A stretch of 64,000 nt of DNA. Origin: Schizosaccharomyces osmophilus (taxonomy: Eukaryota). The stretch spans positions 1,302,001 to 1,366,000 of the forward strand of contig NC_079240.1 of the NCBI RefSeq assembly GCF_027921745.1, given 5' to 3'. Positions within the stretch are counted from its first letter, which is position 1, and each line of letters opens with the position of its first letter. Below, one piece after another: positions 21,232-33,292 of the stretch. The translations under genes and the position numbers were made by a program. The notes below the pieces were generated by a model. It worked only from the letters and a program-made list of their open reading frames with translations. It was not told where the DNA came from and did no database searches.

Positions 21232-24072
21232 ATGGACGAACGCTCAATTGCTCCGTCGTCTTCTTACAGCTATCCATCGACAGAGGCTTCGTTTCAAGTT
21301 CCTCTGTCACAATCTGCGGATCCCACATCGTCAGCATTATCCTTTAAGTCTCTTCTAGAGGACCCCGTAAATCCAACGTTTCCGTCGTACACACCTACTC
21401 GAACGGAAATTACTCCTGTCGCCCTTTCTCCCATTCCAATTGTTCCAAGCCATGATTTCCAGATATATTTGCATCAAATCTTTCATGAATATGCTCGTTA
21501 TTCCAAGCAGAAACAAGCTAGTTTTCATCGCTATGTAGAACGTCAAACCAAACGCCTCAGTTGTAACTCTGGTTCTAGTGTGCACGATTCGCACGCACGT
21601 CGCAATTCGTTGTCAACAGCTCGAGGTGAGCTCAAAAGCGAGTCCTCGTATCCATCATCGAATTCAGATACCATCACCTTTAACCGTGAGGAGCTTCCAC
21701 CTTCTACTCCAAGTGTCGTGGACAAATTTCCTCTATCTACTATCCCATCCATATACTTTCAAGACGATTTTAATCTCGATGATCCTCAGACGTTTGACAT
21801 CGCAAGCGAACATGTCGATATTACTCAGGCTGGAGATGCTCAACATGCTAACCGAAAACTATTATTAAATAACTCCATGTTGCAGGAGAAAATTTCTTGG
21901 TATCTTGATATCGTTGAACTTCATTTGTTGCATGAGATTGAGAATGCTAGTGATAGTTTCCCTATCATCATGGAAAATCTTAAAAATCTTAAAAAAGATG
22001 AAAAAACCTGCTTACAAGATACTCATGACTTTTTGGAGAACCTCAATCAAATAACAAAAGCTCGTGATGAACAACGAGAAGCCATTTCTAGACAGGAGCA
22101 GTCTTGCTCACAGCTTCATGAATTAATTCAGTCGCTGTCATTTTTGGAGTCGCTCTTTACTTTGAGCAATCAAGCTCACCAATCTGCCCTTGATGGTCAT
22201 TTCTTGAATGCGATCGATGGGATCCATTCCATCACTTCCCAACTAGAATTAAAATCTAAGCAAGAATCCATCGATTTTAGCTCCTTGCCTGCCATTATCG
22301 ATCTTTTAGAGGACCAACATTCTCTATACAATACCATATCTCAAACTGTAATCCAGAAATTCCCCGAAATCCTTATTCAAGATATACGCGATTTTTCCTC
22401 TCAGAAATCTCCCTCCGATTTATTGAATATCTATTTGAAGAAAAATAAAAAGTTACGGGCGAATACGGATCCTTTACCCCTCGTTACCGACTTTCCTCCT
22501 GGTTTTATAAAAAGGCTGGAACGGTTCATTGATTGTCTTCTCCTTACAGATGGTCTCCAATCTGGTTTAACTATATTTAAAACTTCTGTATTCAAAGAAC
22601 TAGAGTCTCTCATTACACAAGCCTTTGCTAAACTGAATTCTCTACATAGACATACCGATCGTCGAAGTATCAGTACTACGAGCCTCTCCAGCTTATCGAA
22701 TTCTGCTTCTCAATCCTTAGCGGACGGATCCAATGAAAGTAATTTTAATGCTGATTTTTACAACATGCTCACAACAATTTATTTTACATCTTTGGAAGTT
22801 TTGCGTCGACTGGGGCAACAACTGAAACTGTTAATTGACATCTTATCGAGAAAAGATCAAGAGCAGTATCATTATTCCGTTGCTTTAAACGATTTAATGA
22901 CGATTAGTTCCGAACTCATTTTACAAAAAATTACACACATAAACAGCGCTCATTTTAATGCTTCGGGTAGTTTTTCTTTACAGGAGTCTCTAAAGTTGTT
23001 TACATTGCATTCTTTGTTTTATAATGAACTTGAAAATCTATGTGGCATCACGCAAAACAATTTTATGTCGATTGTCATGCAAGAACTTCAGAAATGGTTC
23101 CGAAACGATCAATTGAAAAGTACTCAACGCATTGCTTTAGATTATGAAAGGGAAAAGTGGGAAGCTATTTCAGTTAGCCAAGAAGTGCAGAGAATGGCAT
23201 CTCGTATTGATCAATGCCCAACTAATGTTTCAGATGATTGGATTTTTTTTCAAGAATCAAGTTTGAATGACATAAAAAACTCAAAAGAAGAAGGCGAGTC
23301 AGCTTTGTCAGATACTTGCTTTCTTCAAAATCAATCAATTCATATGGTTAGTGCTTCGGTACGTGTACTTGAAAGCGTGGATCAATACGGACACTTAGTA
23401 TATCACTTTCCAAGACTCTCTCATGATTTTTACTATGGCATGATAGAGCTTTTACGAACTTTGAATTCACGAGTGTATCAGCTAATTCTTGGAGCTGGAA
23501 CTGTACGATCATCAGGACTCACTAGGGTATTGGGAAAGCATATTGCGTTAGCTTCACAAACAGTGACTTTGCTTCAAGCATTGTCAACATCTGTGTTCAA
23601 ATTTCTCTCAAAAAATTATGGGATTAAGCAAACGCAAGAATTGCTCTCCCTCGAAAACGATTTTAACTTACATCATAATCAGATTACTGAAAAGTTTATT
23701 GCTCTCATGAGAGAAAAATCAAACTTTTGTTGCGGTCAAATTATCACAGTTAACTGGGTTAATGAAGAGCCTCATGATTATATGAAGGACCTTATTAAGA
23801 ATCTGGTCAAATTGTATAAAGTTTTACACCGTTACTCTGAACCGGATTGCGAACGCGTTATTCCGGATGTCATAAAGATGTTTGAAGACAGATTGCAGCT
23901 GGAACTCACAGATCTTGTACAAGATCCTGCAAAATGGATTGGTATAAAGAAAGATTTGTCATTTTTTTACGATTCATTATCCAGCAAGTGTGGTTATGTT
24001 GGTAGTGCAGAAGTACTCAAAAAATTTGAGCGTGCAATAGGGCAAAATGCCTCTGATAAATTGACTACATGA
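21232..24072 (+). CDS. vps54: GARP complex subunit Vps54
   Basis: Motifs IPSIYFQDDFNLDDPQTF, LQEKISWYLDIVELHL and NSRVYQLILGAG...KHIALASQ. Confidence 0.93.
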   Translation: MDERSIAPSSSYSYPSTEASFQVPLSQSADPTSSALSFKSLLEDPVNPTFPSYTPTRTEITPVALSPIPIVPSHDFQIYLHQIFHEYARYSKQKQASFHRYVERQTKRLSCNSGSSVHDSHARRNSLSTARGELKSESSYPSSNSDTITFNREELPPSTPSVVDKFPLSTIPSIYFQDDFNLDDPQTFDIASEHVDITQAGDAQHANRKLLLNNSMLQEKISWYLDIVELHLLHEIENASDSFPIIMENLKNLKKDEKTCLQDTHDFLENLNQITKARDEQREAISRQEQSCSQLHELIQSLSFLESLFTLSNQAHQSALDGHFLNAIDGIHSITSQLELKSKQESIDFSSLPAIIDLLEDQHSLYNTISQTVIQKFPEILIQDIRDFSSQKSPSDLLNIYLKKNKKLRANTDPLPLVTDFPPGFIKRLERFIDCLLLTDGLQSGLTIFKTSVFKELESLITQAFAKLNSLHRHTDRRSISTTSLSSLSNSASQSLADGSNESNFNADFYNMLTTIYFTSLEVLRRLGQQLKLLIDILSRKDQEQYHYSVALNDLMTISSELILQKITHINSAHFNASGSFSLQESLKLFTLHSLFYNELENLCGITQNNFMSIVMQELQKWFRNDQLKSTQRIALDYEREKWEAISVSQEVQRMASRIDQCPTNVSDDWIFFQESSLNDIKNSKEEGESALSDTCFLQNQSIHMVSASVRVLESVDQYGHLVYHFPRLSHDFYYGMIELLRTLNSRVYQLILGAGTVRSSGLTRVLGKHIALASQTVTLLQALSTSVFKFLSKNYGIKQTQELLSLENDFNLHHNQITEKFIALMREKSNFCCGQIITVNWVNEEPHDYMKDLIKNLVKLYKVLHRYSEPDCERVIPDVIKMFEDRLQLELTDLVQDPAKWIGIKKDLSFFYDSLSSKCGYVGSAEVLKKFERAIGQNASDKLTT

Positions 24073-24526
24073 TGAGAAAACAAGAAAACTTTGATGAATT
24101 TATAAATGAAAAATGACTCAACTAGCTGTAACGTTTATCGTTATTGCTCTTTTTGATGTTTCATGGTATGCTATAATTATTCACTAATGCGTTTCCTTTG
24201 ATTCAGAGGAACTATGAAGACAAGAATGGATTAATTTAGATATATATATATATATAATATAATATAATTTCATACATTAAGAATGATTTCTATCCAATTT
24301 CTACAAACTTACTATGCCTCCAATTTCAATGAAAACATAAGTTTTGCGGTTTAAGCAATGGAAATTTACCTCCAAGGACTGTCTAAAAATGATCAAATGT
24401 TTGTAAGCCCAAATTAGAGATAGGTTGAAACTTACTTGCAATGATATAATAAAGAAGAATATGTGAAGCCCATTTTCCTGACACTACTCTATCTATTTGC
24501 TGTCTGCCACTCTCATATTGCAAGCA

Positions 24527-25710
24527 ATGTCAGTCCCTTCCAAATTGGCGAAATTATTGGAAACTAATTATAAACAATATTCCCACGTTGTTTCTGATAT
24601 CTCAGCTAGTCTACAGACGAAAAAATTGACTTTCGTCAGCGGTAATGAATCTGCAGGTATGTAACATGTGGATCCGCCCATTGCTGACATATGATAGATT
24701 TGGATAGCTGCGCTACTTCTATAATTTACGCCTACTTCTTGCAACATAAACTCCGTGAAAGGTGTGTTGTGCCTTTCTTTAATATCCCAAAGAATGAGCT
24801 TCGTCTTCGCCCAGAGTTGGTATATCTTCTCGACATGCTAAAAATACGCACTGATAATATACTATTTCTAAATGAGATTGCGGCAGTGCCTGAAAGATTT
24901 AGCTCGTCTCCTATTCATTTGATCGATCACAATACACTGGACCGTAAAGAAGTCTGTAAATTTGAAGAAAGTGTCGAAGGTATAATCGATCACCACAAAG
25001 ACGAAGGCAATCATTTAAACGCAAACCCAAGAATTATAAAGGAATGTGGCAGTTGTTCAACTCTGGTGATTCAGTACTATATGGATATCCTAAGCTCTCT
25101 TCATAAAACAGAAGAGACTCGAATGGAAGCTGAAGATATTGCGGTTTTGGCACTCGGTCCTGTACTTGTTGACACTGGAAACTTAAAAAATGAAAAGACT
25201 ACGGACACTGATGTTGAGGTAGCAAACCAGTTATTTCAGTTCGTTCCGTCTGGATGGAATCGTGATGAGTTTTTCAGCAGTTTAAAGGAAAAAAAGGGAA
25301 CTTATAAGGGGTTCTCATTTATGGACCTTTTACATCGAGATCTGAAACAGTACGCTCCTGGAAATGTGTCTATATCCTATCCCAGTATTGGAAAAGGAAT
25401 TGATTGGATTGAAGAAAAGCGTAGTAATTGGCAACAAGAGTTAAAGGAATTTGCTGAAACTAAACAAGCAGATCTCGTTATTGTTGGTCTTTCCCTAAGC
25501 AAAAAAGAAGAGTTTCGTCGTCAAATGATATTGTACAAAAGAACTAAGCAAGGAGAATCATTTGCTGATCAATTTTTGGAGAAAAATGAAAACAGTCTAG
25601 GTTTAGAGTTTCTTAAAAATGTTGAAGGTCATACTATAAGTGTATTTAACCAAAGGAACTCTGCTGCTAGCCGTAAAAAGGTAGTACCGATGATCATGGA
25701 TAGTATTTGA
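24527..25710 (+). CDS. ppx1: Exopolyphosphatase (DHH/Prune family; exons 24527-24656, 24698-25710)
   Basis: GNESADLDS formed across a 41-nt intron. Motifs LIDHN, IIDHH, GSCSTL and ASRKKVVP. Confidence 0.93.
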
Positions 25711-25777
25711 AATACGTTTGAGCAAGAAGGTATAATAATATTTCTTTATGATAATTTCTCTAAACTATTTCTAAAAA

Positions 25778-26721
25778 TTACTCAAAATCACTGTCTTCCG
25801 ATTCATTTTTTGTATCCTTAAAACCCATAATCGACTTTTTCCCTAAAGAGTTATTTTCCTTTAACTTTTCAATCGCAGCCCATTTTAACAACCAAAACTC
25901 CAAAACGGGAGTATCAAAATCGTCATTATTTCCCAAGTCAGTGAATCCAGTGAGTTTACTAACGAGTTTTGCATCAACATAACAAAGTATTACCGGTAAT
26001 ACTTTTAAGCCTAATTTCAAAGCAAGAAATGGAGCATTAGCCGCTTCAATACGTACAAACTTTGTTTCCCAATGACTTTTGGATATTTTCTAAACATATT
26101 AGCAACGTTTCCTGGTAATATAATTTATTACCTCAAGGTGCGCATCCATTATTTTGCAGCGTCTGAAATCAGGATGGAAAAAGTGGATGACCACACGTTT
26201 TGAGGATCTACAGACAAAGTATTAGAACATTTTAATAAATATAAAGATGTCGACTCACGTTGTTATATCCATCACTTCTCTTTCATTTTCAACTGTTAAA
26301 TATTGCATATGACCTTTCTCTTTAGCAGTAGAGACTCTTTGAAATCTTTTTGAATGTTAGCTGTCATTTCAACTTAATTCCATACTCTTCTTTTAATGAT
26401 TGCATTCGGCTTTCTCGATAAGTACTGTCATCAATGTCATCAAGTTCAGCGAACAAATTTTCTTCTAATTCAGATCCACTTTGGTCATCGCTTATAGCCG
26501 CGTAAGTGTCAGCAAAATTACCAACGGTAGTATCCCTGCCAAAACGTAAGTTAGAATTGAAAAGGCAATGGCCATTACCTTTCAGGTAACTCAGACTCTT
26601 GAAATTCTTGAACCTTTTCCTTTTTCTGAGTCGTATGGGAGAATTCGGTATTATTGGTCTCCGGTTTCAATTGGACCCAGTTGGGTTTGTTTTCAACAGG
26701 CTGAACATCAGTTAAATCCAT
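25778..26721 (-). CDS. plp1: Phosducin-like/thioredoxin-fold protein Plp1 (TXNDC9-like; exons 26721-26579, 26535-26386, 26345-26259, 26207-26132, 26089-25778)
   Basis: Spliced LEENLFAELDDIDDSTYRESRMQSLKEE...VVIHFFHPDFRRCKIMDAHLEKISKSHWETKFVRIEAANAPFLALKLGLKVLP. The start at 26721 lies inside the qtr2 CDS, in the same frame. Confidence 0.85.
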
Positions 26722-28001
26722 TTGGTAGCCTCGCTTTCGTGGTCCCAGACCAGTAGCGCGAGGGAAGTTGGAAGAATAAATTTTCTTAAATATCTCAGTA
26801 TCATGTAAGAAATTTCCAGCCTTGATAGAATCTCTAATTCCGGAGAAAAAGTTATGGAATACATGAATGTTATGTCTTTATTTGCATGTTAGTAGTGAAA
26901 TAACAAAAGGTTTGAAGAAATAGAAACATACTGTTGTATCATAATCCAACCAACAAGTTCTCGTGTTTGAAGCAAATGGTGAATATAAGCCCGGCTATAT
27001 GACTGGCATGTATTGCAGCTACATCCAGGTTGTAAGGGAGAAAGGTCCGCAGCAAAAATGCTATTCCACATATCCCAAGCTAGCTCTAGCTTTATATTCT
27101 GTAGGTCCTCTACAGGGGGAGGAAAGGCAAATGTAAAAGCTATGCCAGAATCGGAAGCTTGATTAACTAAATCTGCCATTACGATATCAGCACCCTGATG
27201 AATACTTTGTAATATTGCCAAAGGAGTTAGTAAAGGACGAAGAAAAATTTTTGGATAAACGGACAGCTCGGAAGGTATAGAATGCAAATTCCCATAACAT
27301 GCTAACCCAGAAATATGTTGCTTGTAATCATTTTCCCGAAATCGTTCTATTAAAGGATCTAAATAAGGAGCTTCAACGTTTGGAACGGGAAAGAAAACCT
27401 TTACTTTCTCTGTAAGCTGATTGTTTTGTAAACCAGAGAGCAACTCGTCAGTCCAGGTAATTGACTTTTCTGTCATCTTAGGTTTCCTCTTTACACCAGG
27501 AGCATTTGATGGGTTGTCATTCAAGGGGATTGCTATTTCAGGACGAAGTTTGATGATTGCCTTCACGTAGACTTCGTTCGTCAATTTTTTCAATCCACTT
27601 GAGGTAAGAATTTGAATATGGTGAGATCCAGCAGATACAGACGGAAGTGGAGTACTTCTTCTTGGAGCTACTAAGATAGATTGAGAGGAAGTTCCAGCTA
27701 CCCACTTGTCGATCTCACCCTCCGCAGTGAAGATAGGAGACTTTTCTAATAAATCCAGTCTAATCATTTACAAAATATTAGCAGTTCAGACTTATTATTT
27801 AATTTAATGAAATACTTACGAATCTTCTAATCCGAAATAGACAACTGGGAGTTCATTGTCATTAATGTTGTCAGGTGTTAAATGAGGAATTGTTCCTTTG
27901 GAAGTAGGGAAAATAAAACAGGGAGTCTGAAGGACCTTACTTTTTAGCGAAACGGATGATATCCGAGCACTTGAAGGATAGCAAGCGTTTAATGCTGCCA
28001 T
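26575..28001 (-). CDS. qtr2: Queuine tRNA-ribosyltransferase accessory subunit (QTRT2-like; exons 28001-27820, 27759-26932, 26875-26575)
   Basis: LQTPCFIFPTSKGTIPHLTPD, zinc site CSCNTC...YSRAYIHHLL...HNIH, tail GPRKRGYQ. 436 aa if the 26578-26536 intron is retained. Confidence 0.9.
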
Positions 28002-28289
28002 TGAAAACGCTTTGGTATATGCTGTGTTGAGGGAATACACTGACTTTGAATGTTGGTACAAGATACTTTAAAAATCACTATAATTCAGTAGTAAACAAAG
28101 ATGTGCAACACCAAAGAATGACTACGGACTCCATTGAAAATTAATAAATTATCTATTAAATAAATTAAAGTAGTCATTTAAATCGAAGTTCGGCGAGGAA
28201 CAGATAGGAAACTAACAAACTAAAGAGATTCCTCAATAACTGTTCTACCAAGATTATGATGCAGGAATTTTATAAATGTACAATTTGGG

Positions 28290-29339
28290 TTAGTAACGAA
28301 TAATTTTTCTTCGGCGGAAATCTTTATCGTCGGAGGCAATGTCAAACATTGCCCGGCGCTTTTGTTCCTTCTTTTCTTTGTTCCTTTTCTTCATTTCTTC
28401 CATTTCCTTCCTCGTGTATTTTCTATTTCTTCGTTCCTCCAAAAGGCTTTTTCCTTGTGTACTAGACATAGCGGTGTCTACATCAAAAAATTGACCCATG
28501 TGCTTATGAGCCTTGTATTCCTCACTCTTCATTTCAGGAGTTGCCCACTCGGGCATATATTTACCGGAAAGCCTATTAAATTGTACTCTAGCAGCATATT
28601 TGTCCGATGATTTGTCTTCAGAATCACTTTCTTCTAAGGGATTCAGCCAGCTTGTGGTATTGGTACGACGGTCCCAAAAATAGTACGCTTGTGCATTTTT
28701 GTCCCAAATTGCCGCTACTTGTTGATCCTCCGACCAAGCTATAGATGGTTGACTGGCAGATTCCTCTGTACCAGAAGTAGCAGGCTCAGAATCATTGGCA
28801 ACATATTTCGATTTTTCTGGCACAGGCTCATCTGGAAGTGGAGGTTGACTTTCTGACCCTTCTTGAACTGGAGGTTGATACTCTTCAGGCACCGGTTCGT
28901 CTGGGAGTGGAGGTTGACTTTCAAATCCTTCTTGACCTGGTTGTTGATAATCTCCAGGCACAGGCTCATCCGGAAGAGGAGGTTGGGTGTCGTGTTCTTT
29001 TTGAGCTGCTTGCCGATACTCTTCAGGCACCGGTTCTTCTGGAAGTGGAGGTTGGCTTTCGGATCCTCCTTTATTGTGCTTTAAAGTTTCTTCTGAGGGA
29101 GGACGAAGAGTATCTTGCTTTGGCAAAGATTCAGTTCGACTAAAATCTGTTTCCTTGCTAGGTTCTAATGATGCTTGTGATTTGGCATTCTTATCTTCAA
29201 AAGTAGTTATGTCCTTTTCCTGTTCCATCGAGCCTAAAGACCGGGTATCCTGGAAATCCTTCTTCTCCAACAGAGTAGTGTTTTTTTCACCTTGTATATT
29301 TTCAGAAATATTTGTTTTTATATTTAAATTTTCCTCCAT
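28290..29339 (-). CDS. saf2: WW-domain splicing-associated factor Saf2
   Basis: WW domain (AIWDKNAQAYYFWDRRTNTTSWLNP), YAARVQFNRLSGKY, basic C-terminus. Name from synteny. Confidence 0.78.
   Translation of the reverse strand: MEENLNIKTNISENIQGEKNTTLLEKKDFQDTRSLGSMEQEKDITTFEDKNAKSQASLEPSKETDFSRTESLPKQDTLRPPSEETLKHNKGGSESQPPLPEEPVPEEYRQAAQKEHDTQPPLPDEPVPGDYQQPGQEGFESQPPLPDEPVPEEYQPPVQEGSESQPPLPDEPVPEKSKYVANDSEPATSGTEESASQPSIAWSEDQQVAAIWDKNAQAYYFWDRRTNTTSWLNPLEESDSEDKSSDKYAARVQFNRLSGKYMPEWATPEMKSEEYKAHKHMGQFFDVDTAMSSTQGKSLLEERRNRKYTRKEMEEMKKRNKEKKEQKRRAMFDIASDDKDFRRRKIIRY
28817..29060 (-). repeat. Four coding repeats (S/T)QPPLP(D/E)EPVP in saf2
   Basis: Visible in both protein and DNA, spaced roughly 70 nt apart. 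Confidence 0.85.
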
Positions 29340-31399
29340 TTGAAACCTTTTGTCAGATCTAAAACCAATTGGATTTGTTGGCTACAAAAGACTTCTTTTG
29401 GTGAAACGTCGGGTCAAAAAGTACAAAAGGCAAATGAGTTTCAGCGAACAAAAAAGCAAATAATTAATAAGTTATGTAATTTGAAAAAGGAATGAACCTC
29501 AATACAAATCTAAATTTGGTTTTTCTTTTCTGAAGACGCTTGACTGTATAATGATCTTCGTAAGACATTCATAAGCACGATAATGATGGCCTTAAATTAC
29601 TTTAATAAACAAATAAAATGTAAACATTTTATTTTAAAAATGAACAGGAAACTGATAAATAATATAGACTGAATAGCATATAGGGTTTTACATTTTCTTT
29701 TAAAAATTCGAAAAAAATTCTTGAATTAATTTTATTTCCGTGCAAGGATAACAATGAATGTTTTGGTAAGAATCGGCTGTCGTAACGGTTAACTTCACAT
29801 TCATATTGAAAAGCCTCATGTCTTTTTTTTTTTTTTTTATATATTTGCCGACAGTTATGATAACATTTCTTACTGTTCATCCTCTTTTAGTATGGTTACA
29901 GCACAGAAAACATTTCACAGGAAGGGCGCAAAAGCACTTACAAGTCGAACAACAATGTTAGAGCTATATCATTTTATTCATAGAGAAATTTACAATATTT
30001 TACACACATTATGAAATAGTATCTGACCTACTTCTTACTTCTGTAAGTCCTACAATAGGTGTCTTTCTGAAAGGGTTACCTCCTGCTCTAAGAAGGCCAA
30101 TCCAAAAAGTAGAGTATTAGAAGGAGAGAATCAACAGAGATTGACCAATAGAATACACTCATCGAACTCATCAAGAGCCTGCCTTCTAAAACCGTTTCCA
30201 CCCGACAGTAAGAATACCTTACAGATCTTACCAACACGGTCATAATCACACCCAGTACATGTATATATTACAGCAATAAAACGAAAGCTACTGACAGCTC
30301 AAGGGAACGATTCGTAAACATCACTCAGAGTCACCGTGGTTAACCCGTACTGATATTGAAGAGATAAATGTGATAGAAGCTCAGACTTGCCTTTACAGTC
30401 AACAATTGATTCCTTGATTATAATTTTCATATATGAAATGCTCAAGGATCCATGCGGATTACCAGATGTATCTTCATCGCTTCTATCCGATCAACTCAAA
30501 ATAATATTCGCTAGGTTTGCCCGATTAGAACATTCCTCTGAGATTGCTTTCTATGAAACGTTTGTTTGCTTTTTATAAAGCACCCAGGGCTGCTTGTCGC
30601 GTACACCACGCTACCGTCAATTCTTCTATGATATTTGAACAAAGGTTCTTTATTTTTGCTTCAACATACAAATCCCAATAGAAATCAACAATATTATTTA
30701 TTTTATCATCAAGAAATTCAAAGTATCCTCATTGGAATTGCTATTGCTGGTGGTTAACAAAGTCGGGACGTAGGTACAGTGCAGACGCTGTTCGACACGA
30801 ACCTCCTCCTCTACACACAAAATACCGACAACAAAGATTACTAAGAAATAGGGAAAGATTGGAAATCACCTACAGCCGTGAATATTTTTTTGCTTTTTAG
30901 ATTCTCTTACTAAAAGTCCTTTCTAAATTCCTCTTTAGAGAAGAAGTTAATCATGTTCTACTAAGTGTAACTCTATACATCGCTTTTTACTGCTTTTAGT
31001 ATTCTATTTGGACGTGCCATTATTTCCTTACTATTCATATTTTAAAAAAGTATCTACGGAATATTCATTTCAAGAACTTTCAAATTCTTTTCCTTCTCCT
31101 ATTAGCTGTGAACAAGCCAGTGGTATACACTCTTAACTGCGTGAAGCAGATATAACATCTTTTTCTTTCTCTGTTGAAAAAAAAATCGCTAATCTTTGGT
31201 TTCCTTGTATTTCTGAGGATTCTATGTTTATCCTTCCATAAATGAGTGATTGATTGATTCCAATATAACGGTTTCTAAGCTTCGATATCTATACCAAAAT
31301 TATTTATAGGAAATTTTTTTGCTATTGTTAAACCTTCCGTTCCACTTTACTGTTTTAAGCTCAAGCTCGCCTTTGTATTTATAATCCTTTAGTATAACA

Positions 31400-33292
31400 A
31401 TGTCTTATACAAAAGAGTTTTCTTCTTATCGACGGGGATCCGAATTAAATGGCCTAAAACCATACAGCGATGAAGAAAAACGTAGAAGCTCCGATTTTAA
31501 TGAGGAAGCTTTGGGTGAACATACAGTCTCAATGAATAACACTTCCAACCGAGATGAATATGACCGTCCAAGAGGCGGGTTTCACCGAGGTGCAGGTCCT
31601 CGCCGCTCCCGATTCGGCGGTAGACCTCCCAAGTCTCGAGGATTCAAAAAGAAAAATAAATCCAGAAAACCTCCGTTTTCCCCTCACCGATCGCCCCATT
31701 CTCCTGAATACGACCATCCGCGCAAGCGGCCGTTGTTACCACGTTCCCATCCGAGTCCTACCTCTCCTCCTCGATCACCTCCACCTCCGCCGCCATCTTC
31801 TTACCAGCTTCCTCATCCAAAACAACCTCTTCCTCCTCCTCCTCCCCCATCTGGTTCTCCTCGGTTTCCACCAGCCAATTCGTCTTCTGAGATGCCCTTT
31901 ATTCAATCTCGATCAAGTAATAATACCAACAAGGAAGCCTTAGAAGATTCTAAATTGAACCAATATTCTTCAAGGAACTCACAAAGCTCTAGTAATCCTC
32001 ATCGCGATGCTAATATGCATGGAAAATCTAGCCGTTTTCGATTTCATATTCCTCAGGAGACAACCCCTTCCAGACGTTCACGATTCGATCAACCTCCTAC
32101 TAAAAGGATGGCTTTAAATTCCCCTCCCCCAAGCATTACCTGTCAGCCACCAAAGGAACCAATCTATACTTATACGTACGGAAAATCTGCTTATGAGAAA
32201 GTGGATCAGATTGGTGAAGGAACATACGGGAAAGTGTATAAAGCAATTAATAATGTCACAGGAGAATTAGTGGCTTTAAAGCGAATCCGCTTAGAACAAG
32301 AAAAGGATGGGGTGCGTAATCTATTGTATACGATTGTCTTAATACCTTACTAACATGATTTAAGTTTCCAATAACTACAGTTCGCGAGGTTAAAATTCTT
32401 CAGCGCCTGCGACATAAAAACATTGTTAAATTACTAGAAATTTTGGTTGAAAAAAGTATGCAGCATAAGCCTTGGTATGTACTAACATCGCTTTTAGATT
32501 CCGTGAACATGGTTTTCGAATACATGGATCATGACTTGACAGGTGTGTTACTTAATTCCCAACTGCATTTTACGCCAGGAAATGTCAAACACCTATCAAA
32601 ACAACTCTTTGAAGCCTTGAGGTATCTTCATCATCTCGGTGTGATTCATCGTGACATAAAGGGATCTAACATTTTGTTAAATAATAATGGAGACCTAAAG
32701 TTTGCAGATTTCGGTCTCGCAAGGTTCAAAACTTATCCTAAGGCTGGCGCAACTTATACCAATCGAGTTATTACTTTGTGGTTTCGGCCTCCAGAACTCC
32801 TTTTAGGAGAAACTAAATATGATAGTGCTGTCGATATCTGGAGCGTGGGTTGTATAGTCATGGAACTTTTTGTTGGAAAGCCTCTTTTCCAAGGGAAAGA
32901 CGAAATACACCAACTAGAGATTATTTACGATCTGATGGGAACACCCAATATAGAATCCTGGCCAGAAGTAAAAAGTCTGCCATGGTATGATCTTTTAAAG
33001 CCACCTCATGGAAAACCGAGCCGCTTTGTAGATTCCTTCCGAGAAAAGCTTACGCCTGCGGCAATTGATTTATGTCAGAAATTGCTATCCCTTAATCCTG
33101 CTCATCGTCCATCAGCTCGTGATGCTTTGATGCATGAATATTTTGTTTCGGAATCGCCTCCTCCTGAACCAGCTGTAATGTATGTTGCCCTTCTATTCTT
33201 TGATATTTATTTGACTAACGTGTGACAGTTTAAAAGACATGCAAGGTAGTTGGCATGAATGGGAAGGAAAAAAACGACGTGGAAAAAGATAA
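31400..33292 (+). CDS. lsk1: CTD Ser2 kinase Lsk1 (CDK12/Ctk1 family; exons 31400-32311, 32365-32455, 32498-33179, 33229-33292)
   Basis: [12 protein letters not shown], spliced [38 protein letters not shown] and WHEWE tail. Arg/Pro-rich N-terminus. Confidence 0.93.

Noticed and set aside
29900..30900. Possible telomerase RNA or snRNA in the saf2-lsk1 gap (GGGTTAC at about 30073)
   Set aside because: No 1.5-repeat template, Sm site with adjacent donor, or snRNA signature was found, and as I recall TER1 has a different syntenic context.
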